Source: Nitrospinota bacterium (GTDB lineage: Bacteria; Nitrospinota; Nitrospinia; Nitrospinales; VA-1). From it: a DNA stretch of 64,000 nucleotides. Below, piece by piece: positions 28,759 through 39,367 of this stretch (positions are counted from its first letter, which is position 1; each line of letters begins with the position of its first letter). Made by a program: the position numbers and the translations under genes. The notes under the pieces were generated by a model that was not told where the DNA came from, searched no databases, and was given only the letters and a program-made list of their open reading frames with translations. Where the stretch lies: the NCBI GenBank assembly GCA_038108555.1, contig JAYNIA010000006.1, forward strand, positions 1 to 64,000, in the 5' to 3' direction.

Positions 28759-28795
28759 AAAAATCCTGCTCCTGAAAAGGGGCAGGATTTTTTTT
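28759..28795. terminator. Probable bidirectional intrinsic terminator
   Basis: AAAAATCCTGCTCCT-GAAA-AGGGGCAGGATTTTTTTT hairpin with an A tract before and a T tract after, between convergent genes. Confidence 0.8.
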
Positions 28796-28801
28796 GCCGT
28801 C

Positions 28802-30316
28802 TTATTTTAATTGATCCTTGATGATTTTCCCTGTGGCGGTTTTTGGGAAGGTCTCATAGAACTCGATCAGGTCGGGGATCATGAAGGCCGGTAAATTTTT
28901 TCGGCAAAACTCTTTCATTTCCTGTTCCGTAGCCTGAGCCCCTTCACGCAAAACGATGCAAACCTTTACTTTTTCCCCCACACGTTCATCAGGTATACCC
29001 ACGGCAGCAACCTCTGCAGGTGCGGGGTGACCCATCAATACGTTTTCAATGGCTAGCGGGGATACATTTTCACCGGCACGAATGATGAGGTCTTTTTTCC
29101 TGCCAGCAGAAATATAAAGCCTGCCTTTCTCATCCAAATGTCCCAGATCCCCGGTTTTGAGCCAGCCATCCGGTTGAATAGTTTCTCGGGTTTCATCCTG
29201 TCGTTTCCAATATCCGCTCATGACTGTTTTGCCACGAACCAGAATTTCTCCAATCTCGCCCTGATTCACTGTTTCCCCCGATTCGCTAACAATGTTTACC
29301 TCTACGTTCGGCAAAACAGGTCCTACGGACCCGGGAACACTGCCATCACGCATGCGGTTGACGGCGATCACCGGTGAGGTCTCTGTAAGCCCGTATCCTT
29401 CAATGACTGTCACGCCGAGGGTTTCTTCAACTTTTTTCAAAAGGGTTTCCGGTAAAGCGGCCCCTCCCGAAATGCATGTGTGCAATGAAGAAACGTCATA
29501 GCCTCCACGTGAATAAAGGTCAACCAGAAACGAATAAATAGTAGGCACTAGAGGCAAAAAGGTCGCCTTATGAGTTGCTATGGCAGTCAGAATCGATTTG
29601 GGTTGAAATTGTTTGAGTAGAATTAATGTGGCACCCACGCGGCAAAAAACCAGGGCCATAATGTTGCCAAATGAATGGAACAGGGGAAGGGCGACAATCG
29701 CACTGTCTTCTGCAGAAATATCCAAATGCTCCAGGAACCCCGAACAGTTTTCATCAAACTGGTCTTCGTTAAGCATTACCCCTTTGGGTTTTGCAGTAGT
29801 GCCTGAAGTATATAGGATGGCGTCCGGAATCCCGGCTTCCCTTTCGTGTTTTCGATACGCGTTTTCCTTATTGCCGGATTTTAAAAAATCATCAAAGTGA
29901 AGAGTCCCGTCCCCCACTTGATTGATGTCGGCCGGGCCAACCAGGATTTTATTTGGAAAAAACTTAAAAAATGGACTGACCTCAGGTTTCACAAATGCGG
30001 AATCAACAACGAGGGTGTCGATACCGGCATCCTGGGCGATGAATGCAAGATCTTCAGGTTTCAAAAGAAAATTAAAAGGAATGAAAGGAATTCCTTTTAA
30101 CAGGCAGCCGAACATGGCAATGAGATGTTCTTTCTGATTCAAACAAAGCAGCCCTACCTTGCTGTTTGCATTGAGTGGCAACTCAGAGAGGCCCGCTGCA
30201 AATGCCTCTACCTGATCGCAAAGTTCACGATAGGAAACCGTGCAATCTCCATCAATAATAGCAGCGGCCTCTGGCTGAATTTCTGCGTGAGATTTTAAGT
30301 AATTATAAAAAAGCAT
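28802..30316 (-). CDS. Long-chain fatty acid--CoA ligase (AMP-binding family)
   Basis: YTSGTTAKPKG, LPLFHSFG, EGYGLTETSP, TGDLG, GRKKDLIIRAGENV, KTATGK. Confidence 0.9.
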   Translation of the reverse strand: MLFYNYLKSHAEIQPEAAAIIDGDCTVSYRELCDQVEAFAAGLSELPLNANSKVGLLCLNQKEHLIAMFGCLLKGIPFIPFNFLLKPEDLAFIAQDAGIDTLVVDSAFVKPEVSPFFKFFPNKILVGPADINQVGDGTLHFDDFLKSGNKENAYRKHEREAGIPDAILYTSGTTAKPKGVMLNEDQFDENCSGFLEHLDISAEDSAIVALPLFHSFGNIMALVFCRVGATLILLKQFQPKSILTAIATHKATFLPLVPTIYSFLVDLYSRGGYDVSSLHTCISGGAALPETLLKKVEETLGVTVIEGYGLTETSPVIAVNRMRDGSVPGSVGPVLPNVEVNIVSESGETVNQGEIGEILVRGKTVMSGYWKRQDETRETIQPDGWLKTGDLGHLDEKGRLYISAGRKKDLIIRAGENVSPLAIENVLMGHPAPAEVAAVGIPDERVGEKVKVCIVLREGAQATEQEMKEFCRKNLPAFMIPDLIEFYETFPKTATGKIIKDQLK

Positions 30317-30420
30317 GGTTTATCTATATAAGTAATTCAAAAATAATAAGCCATTATAATCAAAAATTTTAAAGAATTGATAAAAGAGAGTATGGGCTTT
30401 TTTTTCTGAGGCATTTTGGG

Positions 30421-31302
30421 TTAAGACCGATATCGGCAAAAGAATCCGTTTGGAAGATTGAGTCCGGTAGAGGTATCGGGGATGAACATTTCTCCAGTTT
30501 CAAAATGACCCTTTGAAGTGGAAGGGAGATAGGTCCGCAACATATTTTCCAATGTAAGAGAAGAGAATCCCGGAGAGTGTGTCGTAAATAGCAGAAAAGC
30601 AGGGGAATCTGTGAGAATATTCCTACAGGCTTCCATGAATTCAGAAAGTTTGGTTTCGATCTGCCAGACTTCCCCTTTGGGTCCGCGTCCGAAGGAGGGT
30701 GGATCCATAATAATCGCTTCATATTTATTTCCCCGGCGGTGTTCCCTCTGCATATATTTCAAGGCATCTTCGACGATCCATCGAACCGGTCGATCCCCCA
30801 AACCCGATAGTTCCAGGTTCTGGCGTGCCCAGTTGACCGAGGCTTTTGAAGCGTCTAAATGAGTGACATGGGCCCCCGCTGAGGCCGCTGCGAGGGTGCT
30901 GGCTCCGGTATACCCAAAAACGTTAAGTACTTTGATTTCTTTGCCGTTAAGCAGTTTAAGCTGGTCTATTATCCAAAGCCAATTGGGGGCCTGTTCGGGA
31001 AAAATTCCGATATGTCCGAATCCGGTGGGTTTGACGTTGAAAACGATGTCGCGGAATTTAATTTCCCACCCGTTTTCGGGAAGTTTGGAAAAAATTTTCC
31101 ATTCGCCACCCGTATCTTTGCCCTTGAAATATTTATATTCCCCCTCTGCTTTTTTCCATTCTGAAGCAGGAAGGGATTTTGGCCAAAGGGCTTGTGGTGC
31201 TGGACGGCAAAATCGATGCGGACCAAATTGTTCAAGTTTTTGAAAAGAACCGGTATCCAATAATTGATACTCAAAATTGTCTAAAGGGTAAACGCTGCTC
31301 AT
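30421..31302 (-). CDS. Class I SAM-dependent methyltransferase (RlmI/RlmK-related)
   Basis: YQLLDTG..KLEQFG, HIGIFPEQ, VLNVFGYTG, DPPSFGRG. Confidence 0.82.
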   Translation of the reverse strand: MSSVYPLDNFEYQLLDTGSFQKLEQFGPHRFCRPAPQALWPKSLPASEWKKAEGEYKYFKGKDTGGEWKIFSKLPENGWEIKFRDIVFNVKPTGFGHIGIFPEQAPNWLWIIDQLKLLNGKEIKVLNVFGYTGASTLAAASAGAHVTHLDASKASVNWARQNLELSGLGDRPVRWIVEDALKYMQREHRRGNKYEAIIMDPPSFGRGPKGEVWQIETKLSEFMEACRNILTDSPAFLLFTTHSPGFSSLTLENMLRTYLPSTSKGHFETGEMFIPDTSTGLNLPNGFFCRYRS

Positions 31303-31349
31303 GGTTGCGGTTTAAAATCTTTATTCGCTCTTGTGATAAAATTTAGTAA

Positions 31350-32714
31350 ATGAAGAATTATATCAGAAAATTGAATCGCAATCGTTGCGCTTCCCTTTGT
31401 CTTGTTTTGTTGATTTTTACCTCTTGTTTTCCTGCCGAAAAAGAAAAACCAACAGTTGAGAAAAAAGATTTCTCTCTTCCGGTTCAAATTGGGAAAGTTG
31501 TTTATATGAATCTGGCCGATGAGGTGCGTGCTTTCGGTAATATCGAATCAGGACAGGAACTGGCAGTTTCACCAGAAATAAAGGGCCGTGTGGCAATGGT
31601 TTTAGTTGAAAAAGGACACAAGGTAAAAGCCGGTGACCTGATTGCGCAAATTGATCCGGGGGATTATGAGCTTGTCCTGGAAAAGCTCTATGCGGACTTC
31701 TCTTCCTCTGAGGAGGAATTCAAAAAAGCCCGGGAGGGATTACGCCAGGAGGAAAAGGAAAGGTTGGAGGCGCAAACACGGGCTGCACAAAGTTCTCTGA
31801 AACTTGCCAAAGTAGAATTGAAGAGAACAAAAAACCTTGTCGAAAGAAAAGTTCTTCCCCAATCTGAACTGGATGATGCGGAAGATAAAATTCGCCAGGC
31901 CAGTGAAACATTGAAAGCGAGCCAGGCGGAACAGGCAGCGGGAATGACTTCTCGCGTAGAGGAGATAGAAAAACTGGGGTCTGAAATCGATGCCATTCGA
32001 AAACAGATCGAGGTAGCTGAAAACAACCTTTCAAAAGTAGATGTTTTGGCTCCGTTTGACGGAGTGATTATTACCAAAGAAATTGACCAGGGGGCCATTG
32101 TTAGTCCGGGAACGGTTATTGTTTCTATGATTAGCTCTTCCAGATTTAAAGCTGTTCTTGAAATTCCGCAAGGTTACCGAAATAAATTAAACAAACTGAG
32201 AAAAGCCGATTTTTTCGTGAAGGAGTTGGGGTTGCGATTCAAGTACAGCAAAAACCTGAAGCGGATGATTCGAGTGATTCCCGATTCGAAAATTTTTTCC
32301 GGAAATATTAAAGTCCAAATCGATTTGCAAAATCCTGATTCGTCTTTGTATTCGGGTTTGACCCTTGAGAGTAAATTGAGTTTTGGAGTGCGCAAAAATG
32401 TCCTTAACGTTCCAGCCATTTCTTTGGTGAAAACCGAAAAGGGAACGGTGGTATATATTGTAAAAAATAAAAAAGCACACCCGGTTCCTGTGAAAGTTTT
32501 CCAAGAGCACGATGGATTTGTTGAGATCAAGGATACTACGCGTCAGTTAAATGCGGATGCAAAATTGATAATGAGAGGATCAGGGGCCGTTTTCCCGGAG
32601 GCCACCGTATTCATAACTAATCCCGAATCGGGTATGGAAACACCGTTAAACTCCGCATCCAAAGATAGTGGCATGGAAAAACCTAAAGCTTCTGCGAAAA
32701 ATCCGAAAAGCTGA
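31350..32714 (+). CDS. RND efflux periplasmic adaptor (membrane fusion protein), putative lipoprotein
   Basis: Lipobox-like FTSC, lipoyl half-motifs EIKGRV..VEKG..VKAGD and APFDGVI, long coiled coil. Confidence 0.88.
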   Translation: MKNYIRKLNRNRCASLCLVLLIFTSCFPAEKEKPTVEKKDFSLPVQIGKVVYMNLADEVRAFGNIESGQELAVSPEIKGRVAMVLVEKGHKVKAGDLIAQIDPGDYELVLEKLYADFSSSEEEFKKAREGLRQEEKERLEAQTRAAQSSLKLAKVELKRTKNLVERKVLPQSELDDAEDKIRQASETLKASQAEQAAGMTSRVEEIEKLGSEIDAIRKQIEVAENNLSKVDVLAPFDGVIITKEIDQGAIVSPGTVIVSMISSSRFKAVLEIPQGYRNKLNKLRKADFFVKELGLRFKYSKNLKRMIRVIPDSKIFSGNIKVQIDLQNPDSSLYSGLTLESKLSFGVRKNVLNVPAISLVKTEKGTVVYIVKNKKAHPVPVKVFQEHDGFVEIKDTTRQLNADAKLIMRGSGAVFPEATVFITNPESGMETPLNSASKDSGMEKPKASAKNPKS

Positions 32715-35700
32715 TGAAACTTATAGACCAATCAATTAGAAATTATCATACGGTTACGGTCATAATTGTTATGGCGTTGGTGGTGGGTGCTTTATGCTTT
32801 CAAACCCTTCCGAGACAGTTGACTCCTACTGTGGATAAACCCCAAATCGAAGTGAAGACCGAGTACCTTGGTTTGTCCCCCAATGAAGTAGAACGCAACA
32901 TCAGCCGGCGTCTGGAAGAACAGCTTGAGTCTGTCGAGGGGATGAAGAAGATGACCTCGACCAGTCAACACGGATTGAGCACCATCAACCTTGAGTTTGA
33001 ATGGGGCATTGACAAAAATCTTGCTGTGCTTGATGTGAATAATAAATTGCAGCAGGTGAAAGACCTTCCTATTAATGCAGACAAACCCACGTTGCGGTCG
33101 ATATCCAGTGATAACTCCAGTCCCATCATGTGGATCGTATTTGACAAACCCGATGAGAAGATGCCGGATCTGAATCAGAACTATATGTACAAAATCGGGG
33201 AGGATATTATTGTTCCTTCTTTAAGAAGGATTAAGGGGATTGCAGATGTATGGCATTTCGGAGGTGAGGAGCGCGAAATGCGTGTCGAGTTTAATCCCTA
33301 CAGCCTGGCACGGCTGCGGTTGACTTATAAAGAGGTGATAGATCGTCTCACGGAAGAAAACCAGAATACCCGTGCCGGGTTTCACGATGAAGAAAACCGG
33401 GCTTATACCGTTCGCGGGCTGGGTGAATTTATAAATCCGGAAGACATTCTTGATACGGTTATAAAAAGGGATGGTGACCGGACCATCCGGGTGCGTGATT
33501 TTGCAACGGTGGTCGATGGTTACCAAAGAACCGATTCCCTGGTGCGTATCAGCGGAAATTTATCAAACGCATTTGGAGTGATTCGCAAAGCGGGTGCCAA
33601 CGTTGTAGAAACATGTAACCTCGCGGCCGAACGGGTTAAAGTTTTAAATCAGGAACTGCTGAATCGCGGAATTCCCCTAAAGTTAAAAATTGTTTACAAG
33701 GATGTAGATTACATCGATGAGGCAATGCGCCTTGTAAAATCGAACCTCGGGTTGGGTGCCGTCCTTGCGGTTGCTGTTTTGCTGGTCTTTCTTGGGTCAG
33801 CGCGGTCATTGTTGATCGTTGCGATCAGCATTCCCGTTAGTCTGGTGTCCGTTTTTATTATTTTGAAAATGTTAGGGCGAAGTATCAACATCATTTCGCT
33901 CGCAGGTATGGCCTTTGCCGTAGGCATGGTGGTAGATAATTCTATTGTGGTCCTTGAAAATATTTATCGCCACTTAACCATGAAGAAGGGGGTTTTAAAA
34001 GCTGCCTACGATGGGGCCTCCGAAGTGTGGGGAGCTGTGTTAGCTTCGACATTGACAACTTTGGCGGTGTTCCTTCCTATTGTGTTCATTGAAGAAGAAG
34101 CCGGGCAAATGTTTCGCGACATTGCAATCACGATCAGTGGTTGTATCGCGCTTTCATTATTGGTGTCTATCACCGTTATTCCCACTCTGACCACTTTGTT
34201 GATCCGGTTGAAACCGGGCGAGGAATACAAACCGGGATTCTTTCACCGCACCTTGTTCCGTCCTGTAGTGTTGATAGGTAAGGGAATCGGAAATGCCTAT
34301 TCCGGATTGATGGCTCGTATACTCCATAATTCTTTTTTCAGTGTTTTGATGCGAATAGGAATTCTTGTGGGTGTTTGCTGGATGCTGTGGTATAGCGGCC
34401 AGGTTTTGCCTAAAAAAGATTATCTTCCCTATGGAAATACAAATATGGTGTTCATGATGATTGAACCAGTTGCAGGAACACCTGCTTCAACCAACATGAA
34501 ATATCTGGCGGAATATGAAAAAAAGATTGTCAACATGGAAGATGTAAACAGAAACTTTTTGGTTTTTTCTCCCAGGTTCAATGGCGGCGGAGCCATCATT
34601 GAAAAAGATCTGGCACAGGGACAACGGGGAGAAGTAAAGATGGCTGTGAAGGCAAATGAAATGGGAGGCGATATTTTTGTCATTCCCGGATACCGGTTTG
34701 CATTTGCCGTACAGCGTCCTATTTTCCGCTCTGCGGATAAAACATTTGAGGTGGAAATTACCGGACCTGAAATTCTCAAGCTGAAAGATATTGCCATGGG
34801 TTTGATTGGTAGAATCTCTGGAATCTCGGGTGTCCATTCGGTGCGCCCCGAATTTAAATTTGGAAACCCGGAACTTCGATTCATTCCCAGAAGGGAAGAT
34901 GCGGCAAGGTTGGAATTGGGAATGAAGGAAATAGGAGATATTGTTGAGTCTTTAAACGCGGGAAAATATTTAGGTGAGTTCAACGACCGGGGCGAGCCTA
35001 TTGATTTTGTCCTGGTCCAGAAAAAGGACGATAAAAAACTGGGCCTCGAAGATTATCGCTCTCTCCCCATTTGGACAGACCAGGAATTAATGACCCACCT
35101 GGGTCATCTGGCAGATATTGAGATTGATGCCGGTCCCGCCAGGATAGACCATATAGGAACGGAACGGGCGATTAAACTCCGGGTGCAGGTGCGAAAAGAT
35201 ATACCCATGCAAACCGTCATCGATAATGTGGAAGAAAAAGTATTGGGACCGACCCGGCTTACTTTGAATGAAGAGTTTGGCTTGAGGATCGGAGGTTCTG
35301 CGGATGAATTGGCTTCTACAGAGAAATCCCTGGCGAATAGTTTCGCCTATGCCGTAGGATTCATTTATCTTCTCCTCGTCGCCTTGTTCTCATCTTTTAT
35401 CCGTCCTTTTATTGTTATGCTTACCGTGATCCTTGCGGTTTCAGGGTCTTTTCTGGGAATCACCTGGAACAACTGGTACCAGAGGGGAAACATACTGAGC
35501 ATATTGGAGGAATGGAAGGTTCCAAATGCACAGGCGATGGCCGAAGGTTGGAACTGGATTACCTTCGATATCCTCACTCAGTTGGGTGTGGTTATCCTGG
35601 CTGGAATTGTTGTGAACAATGCTATCTTGATCGTCCATCAAATGCTGAACAATATTAAAGCCGGGATGGAAGAGAGACAAGCGCTGCTGGTTTCCTGTGA

Positions 35701-35962
35701 AACCCGACTGCGTCCCATCATGATGACGGTTATATCCAGTGTCTTTGGAATGATTCCGCTCGCCTTTGGTGAAGGTGCCGGTACGGAATTGTACCGGGGA
35801 ATGGGGACTGCATTGATAGGCGGTTTGAGCATATCAACTCTTTTTACGTTGTTCCTCGTTCCTGTTCTTATATCGCTTGCTATTGATTTAGGAATTCACA
35901 CCACAAAAGATGACCTGGTGAAAGATTCGCTGCAATCGAATCCGGAACCCAATCCTTCATAA
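32714..35962 (+). CDS. RND efflux transporter permease (AcrB/AcrD/AcrF family)
   Basis: 1082 aa; GMVVDNSIVVLENI, ASTLTTLAVFLP, GIVVNNAIL, RLRPIMMT; TGATG coupling to the adaptor gene. Confidence 0.92.
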   Translation: MKLIDQSIRNYHTVTVIIVMALVVGALCFQTLPRQLTPTVDKPQIEVKTEYLGLSPNEVERNISRRLEEQLESVEGMKKMTSTSQHGLSTINLEFEWGIDKNLAVLDVNNKLQQVKDLPINADKPTLRSISSDNSSPIMWIVFDKPDEKMPDLNQNYMYKIGEDIIVPSLRRIKGIADVWHFGGEEREMRVEFNPYSLARLRLTYKEVIDRLTEENQNTRAGFHDEENRAYTVRGLGEFINPEDILDTVIKRDGDRTIRVRDFATVVDGYQRTDSLVRISGNLSNAFGVIRKAGANVVETCNLAAERVKVLNQELLNRGIPLKLKIVYKDVDYIDEAMRLVKSNLGLGAVLAVAVLLVFLGSARSLLIVAISIPVSLVSVFIILKMLGRSINIISLAGMAFAVGMVVDNSIVVLENIYRHLTMKKGVLKAAYDGASEVWGAVLASTLTTLAVFLPIVFIEEEAGQMFRDIAITISGCIALSLLVSITVIPTLTTLLIRLKPGEEYKPGFFHRTLFRPVVLIGKGIGNAYSGLMARILHNSFFSVLMRIGILVGVCWMLWYSGQVLPKKDYLPYGNTNMVFMMIEPVAGTPASTNMKYLAEYEKKIVNMEDVNRNFLVFSPRFNGGGAIIEKDLAQGQRGEVKMAVKANEMGGDIFVIPGYRFAFAVQRPIFRSADKTFEVEITGPEILKLKDIAMGLIGRISGISGVHSVRPEFKFGNPELRFIPRREDAARLELGMKEIGDIVESLNAGKYLGEFNDRGEPIDFVLVQKKDDKKLGLEDYRSLPIWTDQELMTHLGHLADIEIDAGPARIDHIGTERAIKLRVQVRKDIPMQTVIDNVEEKVLGPTRLTLNEEFGLRIGGSADELASTEKSLANSFAYAVGFIYLLLVALFSSFIRPFIVMLTVILAVSGSFLGITWNNWYQRGNILSILEEWKVPNAQAMAEGWNWITFDILTQLGVVILAGIVVNNAILIVHQMLNNIKAGMEERQALLVSCETRLRPIMMTVISSVFGMIPLAFGEGAGTELYRGMGTALIGGLSISTLFTLFLVPVLISLAIDLGIHTTKDDLVKDSLQSNPEPNPS

Positions 35963-35968
35963 AACAGA

Positions 35969-36646
35969 TTAGATTTTTTCTGATGGCCAGTGAGAAGGGG
36001 GCGATGCTTCCACGCAAACTTCTTCTTTGCTGACAGGGTGTTTGAACATCAGACGATGTGCGTAAAGTGCGATTTGCCTTTCGGGAAGAGAGGTGGTCGC
36101 GCCATATTTTTTGTCCCCGTAAATGGGATGTCCAATGAATGAAAGTTGCGCCCGTATTTGATGAAACCTTCCTGTGTGCAGTTGGATCTCCAGCAGGCTT
36201 TTATCTTCACAGTTTTCCAATGTTTTGTATTCCAGCTCCGCATGTTGAGTATCTTTTCCGGATCGTTTGAAAACGGTAGTCTTGAGCGATTTTTCTTTCC
36301 TCAGGTGGTGCGTGAGGGTCGCTTGTTTGGGATCGGGAGTTCCTTCCACAACAGCCCGATAAATTTTTTGTGTGGTCTTCTCACGAAACTGTTGGGATAA
36401 ACGGGAAGCGGCTTTGGAAGTGCGCGCAAATAAAACCACACCGGATACATTTCGATCTAGCCGGTGAACCAATCCCAGAAACACATTACCCGGCTTGTTA
36501 AATTCATCTTTAATCCATTTTTTAACCAGATCCATTAAGGATTCGGAACCGGAATCATTTGCCTGGGTTAAAATTCCCGGAGGTTTGCAAACAGCGATTA
36601 AATGATTGTCCAAATAGAGGATGGATAATTCATTGGGGTGGGGCAA
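35969..36646 (-). CDS. RluA-family RNA pseudouridine synthase
   Basis: KPPG, VHRLDRNVSG, TGRFHQIRAQL...GHPIYGDKKYG. Confidence 0.9.
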   Translation of the reverse strand: MPHPNELSILYLDNHLIAVCKPPGILTQANDSGSESLMDLVKKWIKDEFNKPGNVFLGLVHRLDRNVSGVVLFARTSKAASRLSQQFREKTTQKIYRAVVEGTPDPKQATLTHHLRKEKSLKTTVFKRSGKDTQHAELEYKTLENCEDKSLLEIQLHTGRFHQIRAQLSFIGHPIYGDKKYGATTSLPERQIALYAHRLMFKHPVSKEEVCVEASPPSHWPSEKI

Positions 36647-37298
36647 TCTTAAGGTCCTTTACATCGGTGAGTTTTAAGCCGTCACTTCCTACGATGCCTC
36701 CTGAGACAACGTACTTGATACCATCTTCGATGGACATGTCCACTTCCGTAAGTTCTTCAGGCGGGGCGAAGATTAGAAACCCGGAGGTAGGGTTCGGCAT
36801 CGTCGGCACAAAAACATTGAGTACGTCTTCGTGAGTGTAATCCTGTACTTCGCCACGGGCTGAGCCGGTGACAAATCCAATCGCCAGCATTCCCCGGCGG
36901 GGAAATTCAATCAAAACCACTTTGCGAAACGCACTGGTATCTGCATGGGCGATCGATTGCACCACCTGCTTCGAACCTTTGTAGATTCGGCGGACAAAAG
37001 GAATTTTCTCAACAATTTTTTCACCCAAATGGAGAAACCGTTTTCCAAAAAAGTTGGTGGTGAACCATCCGACCAAGAGAACAATAAGCAAGGTAATGAC
37101 CAGCCCGAGTGCTGGAATCCGGTATCCTTCAGGAATCGGTGCCCCCATATCGATAAGCATTTTTGTGAAAACTGGTGACAGGGCATCGAGATTCTTGAAA
37201 AGGAACTGTAATATGAAATAAGTTAGTGCGATGGGAAGGGTGATCAACAACCCGGTGATAAAAACATTTCGAATTCGGCGTTGCAGTTTTTTAAACAC
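36630..37298 (-). CDS. DUF502 membrane protein
   Basis: FITGLLITLPIALT, KVVLIEFPR, VFVPTMPNPTSGF, YVVSGG. Confidence 0.85.
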   Translation of the reverse strand: MFKKLQRRIRNVFITGLLITLPIALTYFILQFLFKNLDALSPVFTKMLIDMGAPIPEGYRIPALGLVITLLIVLLVGWFTTNFFGKRFLHLGEKIVEKIPFVRRIYKGSKQVVQSIAHADTSAFRKVVLIEFPRRGMLAIGFVTGSARGEVQDYTHEDVLNVFVPTMPNPTSGFLIFAPPEELTEVDMSIEDGIKYVVSGGIVGSDGLKLTDVKDLKIAPPQ

Positions 37299-37431
37299 GG
37301 TGCCCGCTCGGTTAACTGGAAGGGAATTTAATTTTCGACTGGTTAATACAAAAATTTTCTAAAAGTTTCATTATATTATATAGGGAATGGGCGTTAAGGC
37401 AATAGTGCCGGAATGAAGGTAGGATTTACAC

Positions 37432-37459
37432 TTGACAGGAGCCGTATAATCGCTAATAT
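37432..37459 (+). promoter_or_regulatory. Putative sigma70 promoter for tRNA-Ala
   Basis: TTGACA at 37432-37437 and TAATAT at 37454-37459 (16-nt spacer). A perfect TATAAT at 37445 is too close to this -35. Confidence 0.5.
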
Positions 37460-37493
37460 CAATCCGTTAGAGTTAAATAAATGAAAATATACT

Positions 37494-37566
<73 letters not shown>

Positions 37567-37574
37567 TATTTTTT

Positions 37575-37607
37575 AAAGGGCTTGGTCAAATTGACCAGGC
37601 CCTTTTT
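37575..37607 (+). terminator. Intrinsic terminator after tRNA-Ala
   Basis: AAAGGGCTTGGTC-AAATT-GACCAGGCCCTTTTT hairpin plus T tract. Confidence 0.75.
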
Positions 37608-37740
37608 ATATTTGTTTAAATGGTTTGGTTGTGAAAATTAGCAATTTATCATTCATCTGAAATGCTCAATATAAGTTGGTTTCAGATGAGCTGGTAAGAC
37701 AGATGCGGGGAGATAGATTTAGGGAGTTGGTTCCTGGTGG

Positions 37741-38148
37741 TTAAAATTTCCAAAACTTAAATATAATGGTCAGGCCCAGAATCAGTATGCCGAGGTTGGA
37801 CAAAATTACAGCCGCTCCGGCAATATCTTTAATTTTCTTAATTTCAGGGTGGATTTTGGGGTGCAAAAAATCGATCAAGGATTCTATAGCGGTATTTAAA
37901 AGTTCTAATGATATAACAAAAAGAAAAGCGATGATCGCCATGCACCACCATAAAACTGGCGGATTCGAAATTACTAGAACCCCCAGCATCAAAATAAATC
38001 CTATAATTTGGTTTCTAAAACTCTTCTCTTCTTTCCAGGCAGTTTGAATTCCTTCCATGCCCAAAACAATCCTACTTATAATAGTCCCATCTTTAGGGGA
38101 GTAGTCTTTGGTGAATCGACGAGTTTCCAGTTTTATAGATTTTGACAT
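37741..38148 (-). CDS. Diacylglycerol/undecaprenol kinase (DgkA family)
   Basis: GIQTAWKEEKSFR, ELLNTAIESLID, IKDIAGAAV; start trimmed to ATG 38148. Confidence 0.85.
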   Translation of the reverse strand: MSKSIKLETRRFTKDYSPKDGTIISRIVLGMEGIQTAWKEEKSFRNQIIGFILMLGVLVISNPPVLWWCMAIIAFLFVISLELLNTAIESLIDFLHPKIHPEIKKIKDIAGAAVILSNLGILILGLTIIFKFWKF

Positions 38149-38341
38149 GAGTAAATTATACAAAAATAATTTCATAAATCTTGTTAAATTTGTAGGGAAA
38201 GGTCGAAACCCAAATAAATTAGTTGTTATTATTTTTTTAAATTCCTGCTCTAATCTGATTCCCAAAGCGAATATTTGCAGTTTTTTAGGAATTTAGCAAT
38301 AGTATTTGGGTAAATGGAAAATAAACAATGAAAGTTGGAAA

Positions 38342-39331
38342 ATGAAAAAAGTCAAGTATTTTGCGCTATTTGCAGGCCTATGTCTGTTGACGGTCATCAT
38401 CATATTACAGGGTATTGGTGAAGTTTTAGGAGTTTTAACCAGGGTTGGTGGACACGTTTTCTATCTTTTCATTTATTTTATATTTCCTTTAGGTTCCACC
38501 GTTTTGGCAACCTATATTCTGATTCCCAAACGGCGAAGGCCAGAGCCCGGAAACCAGTGGTTTGGAAATTTATTGGTCAATTCAGTGAATTGGTTATTGC
38601 CAGTGGCTCAGATCGGAGGCTGGATCGCCAGAGTCCATTGGCTTTCAAGAAGGGGGATGCCCGTTACCCTTGCAGGAGCCAGTTCTTTTGTGGACCTGAC
38701 AATTCAGGCTTTTGCCCAAAGCCTGGTAGGGATTTTAGGGCTGATTCTTTTAATATTTCTATTTTGGCAGGAAAAAACACTTATTTATTCCGGCATTTTG
38801 ATCGCTGTTCTTCTTTTATCAGCTGTCTATGTTTTATTTAAGATTCAAAAAAAAGGATTGTTTTTTTACCTGAAAAAATTTTTTAAAAGCGCATCTTTTG
38901 GGCGGGAGTTGGCTAAATATGTAGAAAACTTTCAGGAGATTGATCTGGAGGTCAAGGCCCTGTATTCCAACCGGAATAGGGTAATTATTTCAGTTTTATT
39001 CAGGTTTCTTGCACGAATGTTATTAGCGGGTGAAATATTTATCGTATTTTATATTTTGGGCCATCCCATAAACTTTCTTGATGCAATATTTTTGGAAAGC
39101 CTTGGGCAAACGATCAGGGCGGCTTCGTTCCTGGTCCCCGGATCCTATGGCATCCAAGAGGGAGGGTATGTTGTTCTTGGCATAATGCTTGGGCTTCCAA
39201 CAGGTTATTGTCTTGCAATGGCACTAACCAAAAGAGCCCGCGAATTATTTTTAGGAGGATTTACACTCTTTTATTGGCAGTGGAGGGAAGGAAAGAGCAT
39301 ATTAAAATTCTCAGAAAACAAGCTTAGTTAA
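38342..39331 (+). CDS. LPG-synthase TM-domain / HpnL-like putative flippase
   Basis: VNWLLPVAQIGG, IRAASFLVPGSYGIQEGG, KRARE; multi-TM. Confidence 0.75.
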   Translation: MKKVKYFALFAGLCLLTVIIILQGIGEVLGVLTRVGGHVFYLFIYFIFPLGSTVLATYILIPKRRRPEPGNQWFGNLLVNSVNWLLPVAQIGGWIARVHWLSRRGMPVTLAGASSFVDLTIQAFAQSLVGILGLILLIFLFWQEKTLIYSGILIAVLLLSAVYVLFKIQKKGLFFYLKKFFKSASFGRELAKYVENFQEIDLEVKALYSNRNRVIISVLFRFLARMLLAGEIFIVFYILGHPINFLDAIFLESLGQTIRAASFLVPGSYGIQEGGYVVLGIMLGLPTGYCLAMALTKRARELFLGGFTLFYWQWREGKSILKFSENKLS

Positions 39332-39367
39332 TAAAAAAACAGGATTGATATTTAGAACGAAATTAAG

